Source: Eledone cirrhosa
Taxonomy: Eukaryota
Assembly (NCBI GenBank): GCA_964016885.1
Contig: OZ024741.1
Coordinates: forward strand, 77,624,001-77,688,000
Length of the DNA: 64,000 bases
Reading direction: 5' to 3'
Part shown: one piece after another, positions 58,994 through 64,000 of the stretch
Layout: every line of letters begins with the position of its first letter
Numbering within the stretch: the first letter of the stretch is position 1
Notes under the pieces: model-generated
Database searches by the model: none
The model's input: the letters and a program-made list of their open reading frames with translations, nothing else
What the model was told of the DNA's origin: nothing
Program-made: the position numbers and the translations under genes

Positions 58994-59782
58994 ACTGCTA
59001 GCTGCAAAAGGCTTCTCCCTCAGAATGAAAGGCAGACTGTATGATGCGTGTATCCGAACAGCGATGTTGCATGGTAGTGAGACCTGGGTGCTGAAGGTGG
59101 AAGACTTACGTAGATTAGAGAGAAACGAAGCCTGCATGCTCCGATGGATGTGTAACAGTAATATACGTGAACGACAAAGCATAAAGGAATTGAGAGAGAG
59201 ACTGAGCATAAGAGGAATCAAATGCTGCGTGCAGGAGAGGCGGTTACGCTGGTATGGACATGTGATGCGTATGAAGGATGACAGCTGCATAAAAAGGTGC
59301 AGAGCACTAGAAGTTGATGGAAACCGCGGAGTGGGGAGACCCAAGATGACTTGGGATGAGGTGATAAAAGCCGACCTTACCCAACTACACCTCTCAAAGT
59401 CAATGACACACGACCGTGACTTCTGGCGTCACGCAGTAATACAGGGTACCCGACCTCCCATGGGTACATGCTGAAGCATATAAACAATATGCTCTCCCCC
59501 CCCCCCCCCCACCGCAAGGTGGTCGTGGAGGTGCCACGGCAAAAAAGCACCCAGCCCACACTGTAAAGTGGACGTGTAGGCGCCACGAAAAAGTACCCAG
59601 CACTCACTGTAAATGAGGTTGGTGTTAGGAAGGGCATCCAGCTGTAGAAATCAAGCCAGATCAGTTCCTGTATGAGCAAGGCATGGTCAGCCGACCAGAC
59701 ACTGCCCACAACAGGACAACCCGTCTAACCCATGCTAGCGTGGAAGAACGGACGTAAAACGGTGATGATGATGATGATGATG

Positions 59783-59783
<1 letters not shown>
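58994..59783 (+). mobile_element. RTE LINE 3' fragment
   Basis: ORF 59025-59474 plus 3'UTR and (TGA)n tail; flanked by (TA)n. Confidence 0.9.
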
Positions 59784-61192
<1,409 letters not shown>

Positions 61193-61502
61193 AGTCGGCA
61201 GACCTCGCAAGGACTCTATATCTTTGATATATTGTTTTTGTTTATGCCACGAAACTACGTAGTCGAGGAATTTTGGAACAGTTTAGGTATGATACATTTT
61301 ATTACTAATTATATCTAAATGTTTCTTCTCTCTTCATAATGTATTTTTAACTCTGATACTGGTTCAGTCTAGTTCGAACTGAATTGGTCTGTCCCAGTCA
61401 TTCATTGAGCAACATCGGTGAAGTTGGCACCCTTAACTCACAGTTGGGTGCGGATGCATTCATGTATATATGTATGTGTCCGCATGTATCTGTGTGTTTC
61501 TA

Positions 61503-61529
61503 AATATATATATAGGTATATATATATAT

Positions 61530-61574
<45 letters not shown>

Positions 61575-61587
61575 TATATATATATAT

Positions 61588-61628
<41 letters not shown>

Positions 61629-61705
61629 TATATATATATATATATATAGGTATATATATATATATATATAGGTATATATATATATATATAGAGGTATATA
61701 TATAT

Positions 61706-61756
<51 letters not shown>

Positions 61757-61773
61757 GTATATATATATATATA
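61503..61773. repeat. (TA)n microsatellite with GG interruptions
   Basis: Seen directly. Confidence 0.95.
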
Positions 61774-62410
61774 TTGTTATACTTTGGGAGGGTCATGTTG
61801 CCAATAAAAAACACACGCACCAGTTGCTTTCACTTCAATTTATTATATATTTATAAATTTATAGATTTACAAATCTACAAACCTATAAATTTCTGGTTGG
61901 TTGGTTGGTTCCACAACCAGATAGTTGTTTATATATAGTCATAGTCCTTTCATCACACACTCTGTGACCTCTTCAGTGACTGGGGATTCCTTTCCTTTGT
62001 TTCTGTGCCTTTCCTTTCTTCTATCCTACGTCATTTTGTTTCTGTGTGTGTGTTGTGTGCTCAGTTTGCGCATGCGCCACATCCGGGTGTCTGTGTGTGT
62101 TTGTGTTCATTTATCTATTTGTTTATTTATTTAATTTATTTATTGTTGGTTGGTTGTTTGTTCTATGTGTGTGTGTGTTTTCATTTTGTCCTGTGTGTGT
62201 TTTCATTTTGTCCTGTGTGTGTTTTCATTTTGTCCTTAATTGTAAGTTGCGATGTTGCTGTTCCACTCATATTTTCTATTTAATTTTGGTTTTAATTCTT
62301 TTATGCTTACTGCCTCTGTAATTTGCCTAAACATTGCGTCTTTTCTGTGTGTGGATTCTATTTTTATTTCTATGTTCTCTAATCTACCCCTGTGTTCTAT
62401 CTTAGCATGT
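61772..62410 (-). mobile_element. Penelope-like element 3' fragment
   Basis: Homologous to 30185-30750; RQITEAVSIKELKPKLNRK. Confidence 0.85.
61937..61981 (-). ncRNA. Minimal hammerhead in Penelope pLTR
   Basis: agtca CTGAAGA g gtcaca gagtg tgtgat GAAA ggac TA tgact. Confidence 0.65.
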
Positions 62411-63496
62411 AGTGGGATCACAGGTAAGCTAACTAAGAACATAGATTTTACATGTGGCCGGTGCTCTGGTGCAATAAGTAGCAGCGAGTGCCCACAAAAT
62501 ACTAACTCTTTCAATTACGCAGAAGGCTCTATAGAAATAGTGGACAGCTTCCGTTACCTGGGTGACAAAATCAGCAGTGGGGGAGGGTGCTCCGAAAGTA
62601 CAGTAGCTAGAGTCAGAACTGGATGGAAAAAGTTCTGAGAGCTTATACCACTATTAGCCGCTAAAGGGTTCTCCTTCAAAATGAAAGGCAGGTTGTATGA
62701 TGCCTGCATACGAACAGCAATGTTGCATGGCAGCGAGACCTGGGCAATGTGCGCAGAGGATATACGCAGACTAGAGAGGAACAAAGCTTGCATGCTCCGC
62801 TGGATGTGTAATAGTAATATACGTGAACGGCAAAGCATAAACGAACTAAGGAAAAAATTAGAAATAAGAGGGATCAGATGTTGTTTACTCAAGAGAAGGC
62901 TACGTTGGTACGGACACGTGATGCGCATGAAAGTCGATAGCTGTATAACAAAGTGCAGGGCAATAAAGATAGACGGTAGCCACGGAATAGGCAGACCTAG
63001 AAAATCCTAGGACGAGCTGATAAACTCCGACCTCACACACTTACACCTCTCCAAGACAATGTCACTGGACCGAGACCTTTGGCGGTACTCAGTAATAGAG
63101 AAGACCCGCCTTACCTAAATACATAGTAAAACCTACTACAGCCAGTAGGCATCTCTAACAAAATACACCCCGTCCCACCACCCACACCCCCGTCCACACC
63201 ACCCCCTCCTATGTAAAGTTATGTTGGTGCCACAACATCCAGGCCGAAACAAATGAGATCGTGTAGGTGTCACGACAAAAAAACACACAGTCCACGCTGT
63301 AATGTGGCCGTGTAGGCAACACGGTAAAAACCTCCCAGTCCCACACTGTAAATGTGGTTGGTGTTAGGAAGGGCATCCAACTGTAGAAAACCTGCCAGAC
63401 AGTCCTATGCGAGCAAGAAAATCACTCTTGCCTCAAGTGGGAATACCCCCGTCCAAACCCATGCAAGCGTGGAACACGGACGTTAAACGTTGATGA

Positions 63497-63498
<2 letters not shown>
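62407..63498 (+). mobile_element. RTE LINE 3' fragment, same subfamily as 52868-55192, inverted
   Basis: Long identical stretches with the reverse complement of 52868-53960. Confidence 0.9.
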
Positions 63499-63527
<29 letters not shown>

Positions 63528-63532
<5 letters not shown>

Positions 63533-64000
63533 GTAAGTATGTATGTATACGTACATACACATATGTATACAGACGTACAGTAGCATGCACATATATATAT
63601 ATATATACATATATATACATACAGGTACACATACATATATGCACGCATCAGTTTAGCGGACGCTTATTATAAAGCCGCTTTGTTCGTTTGTAAACAAACT
63701 GAACAGCCTGAATTTATGCCATACGGTGTTAAGGCAACCACGTCACCTTTTTGTTCAACACTGACACAGGAACGATGTACTAGTTTCAAGCTTGTTAGCT
63801 ATCATCAGCACTGTATACCCATCTGCCAGATAGTTGAACATTCGAAAGTATATACTTTCCTTATGAAAATTAACGGCTGAGCAGCCTAATTTGCATATTG
63901 AGTGAGTTAAATCGGTCAGGCATACCGAAAACAATAAGTTGAAAAAAATGAAAACGAAATTTCATTTCTCACTCTTAGTATGGCACTTACTTAAATGTAA
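63528..64000 (-). repeat. Second copy of the hammerhead-containing tandem unit (runs off the window)
   Basis: Reverse-complement homology to 33270-33710; taaatgtaa recurs at both ends (unit about 465 bp). Confidence 0.72.
63772..63814 (-). ncRNA. Minimal type-I hammerhead ribozyme (family of 33494)
   Basis: acagtg CTGATGA tagctaacaagctt GAAA ctag TA catcgt. Confidence 0.68.

Noticed and set aside
62236-62638. Hybrid ORFs spanning the Penelope/RTE junction
   Set aside because: Chance read-through of sense and antisense TE frames.

Overview
AT-rich, repeat-dense animal genomic DNA. The SINE/RTE-LINE/(TA)n content suggests an octopod cephalopod, which is an inference. The main gene is a complete 11-exon minus-strand gene (CDS 32989->888, 1212 nt, 403 aa, all GT-AG introns in phase). 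It encodes a strongly diverged paralog of the 26S proteasome ATPase Rpt4/PSMC6, with a 3x9-aa N-terminal repeat and a TAG seven codons before the ancestral-position stop. A divergently oriented first exon of an F-box protein lies at 50938-51051. The rest is transposon-derived: many RTE LINEs carrying a C4HC3 PHD-type finger inside the RT (one nearly intact copy), L1/Tx1, CRE-like, Penelope-like (GIY-YIG), Gypsy, Tigger/pogo, hAT MITEs, Helitron ends, a probable solo LTR and tRNA-SINEs. Reading both strands also revealed ten minimal type-I hammerhead-ribozyme-like motifs from about six repeat families. These include a ~420-465 bp tandem, retrozyme-like unit next to the Rpt4-like start codon. 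Comparisons to human proteins use sequences recalled from memory; no database search was run.
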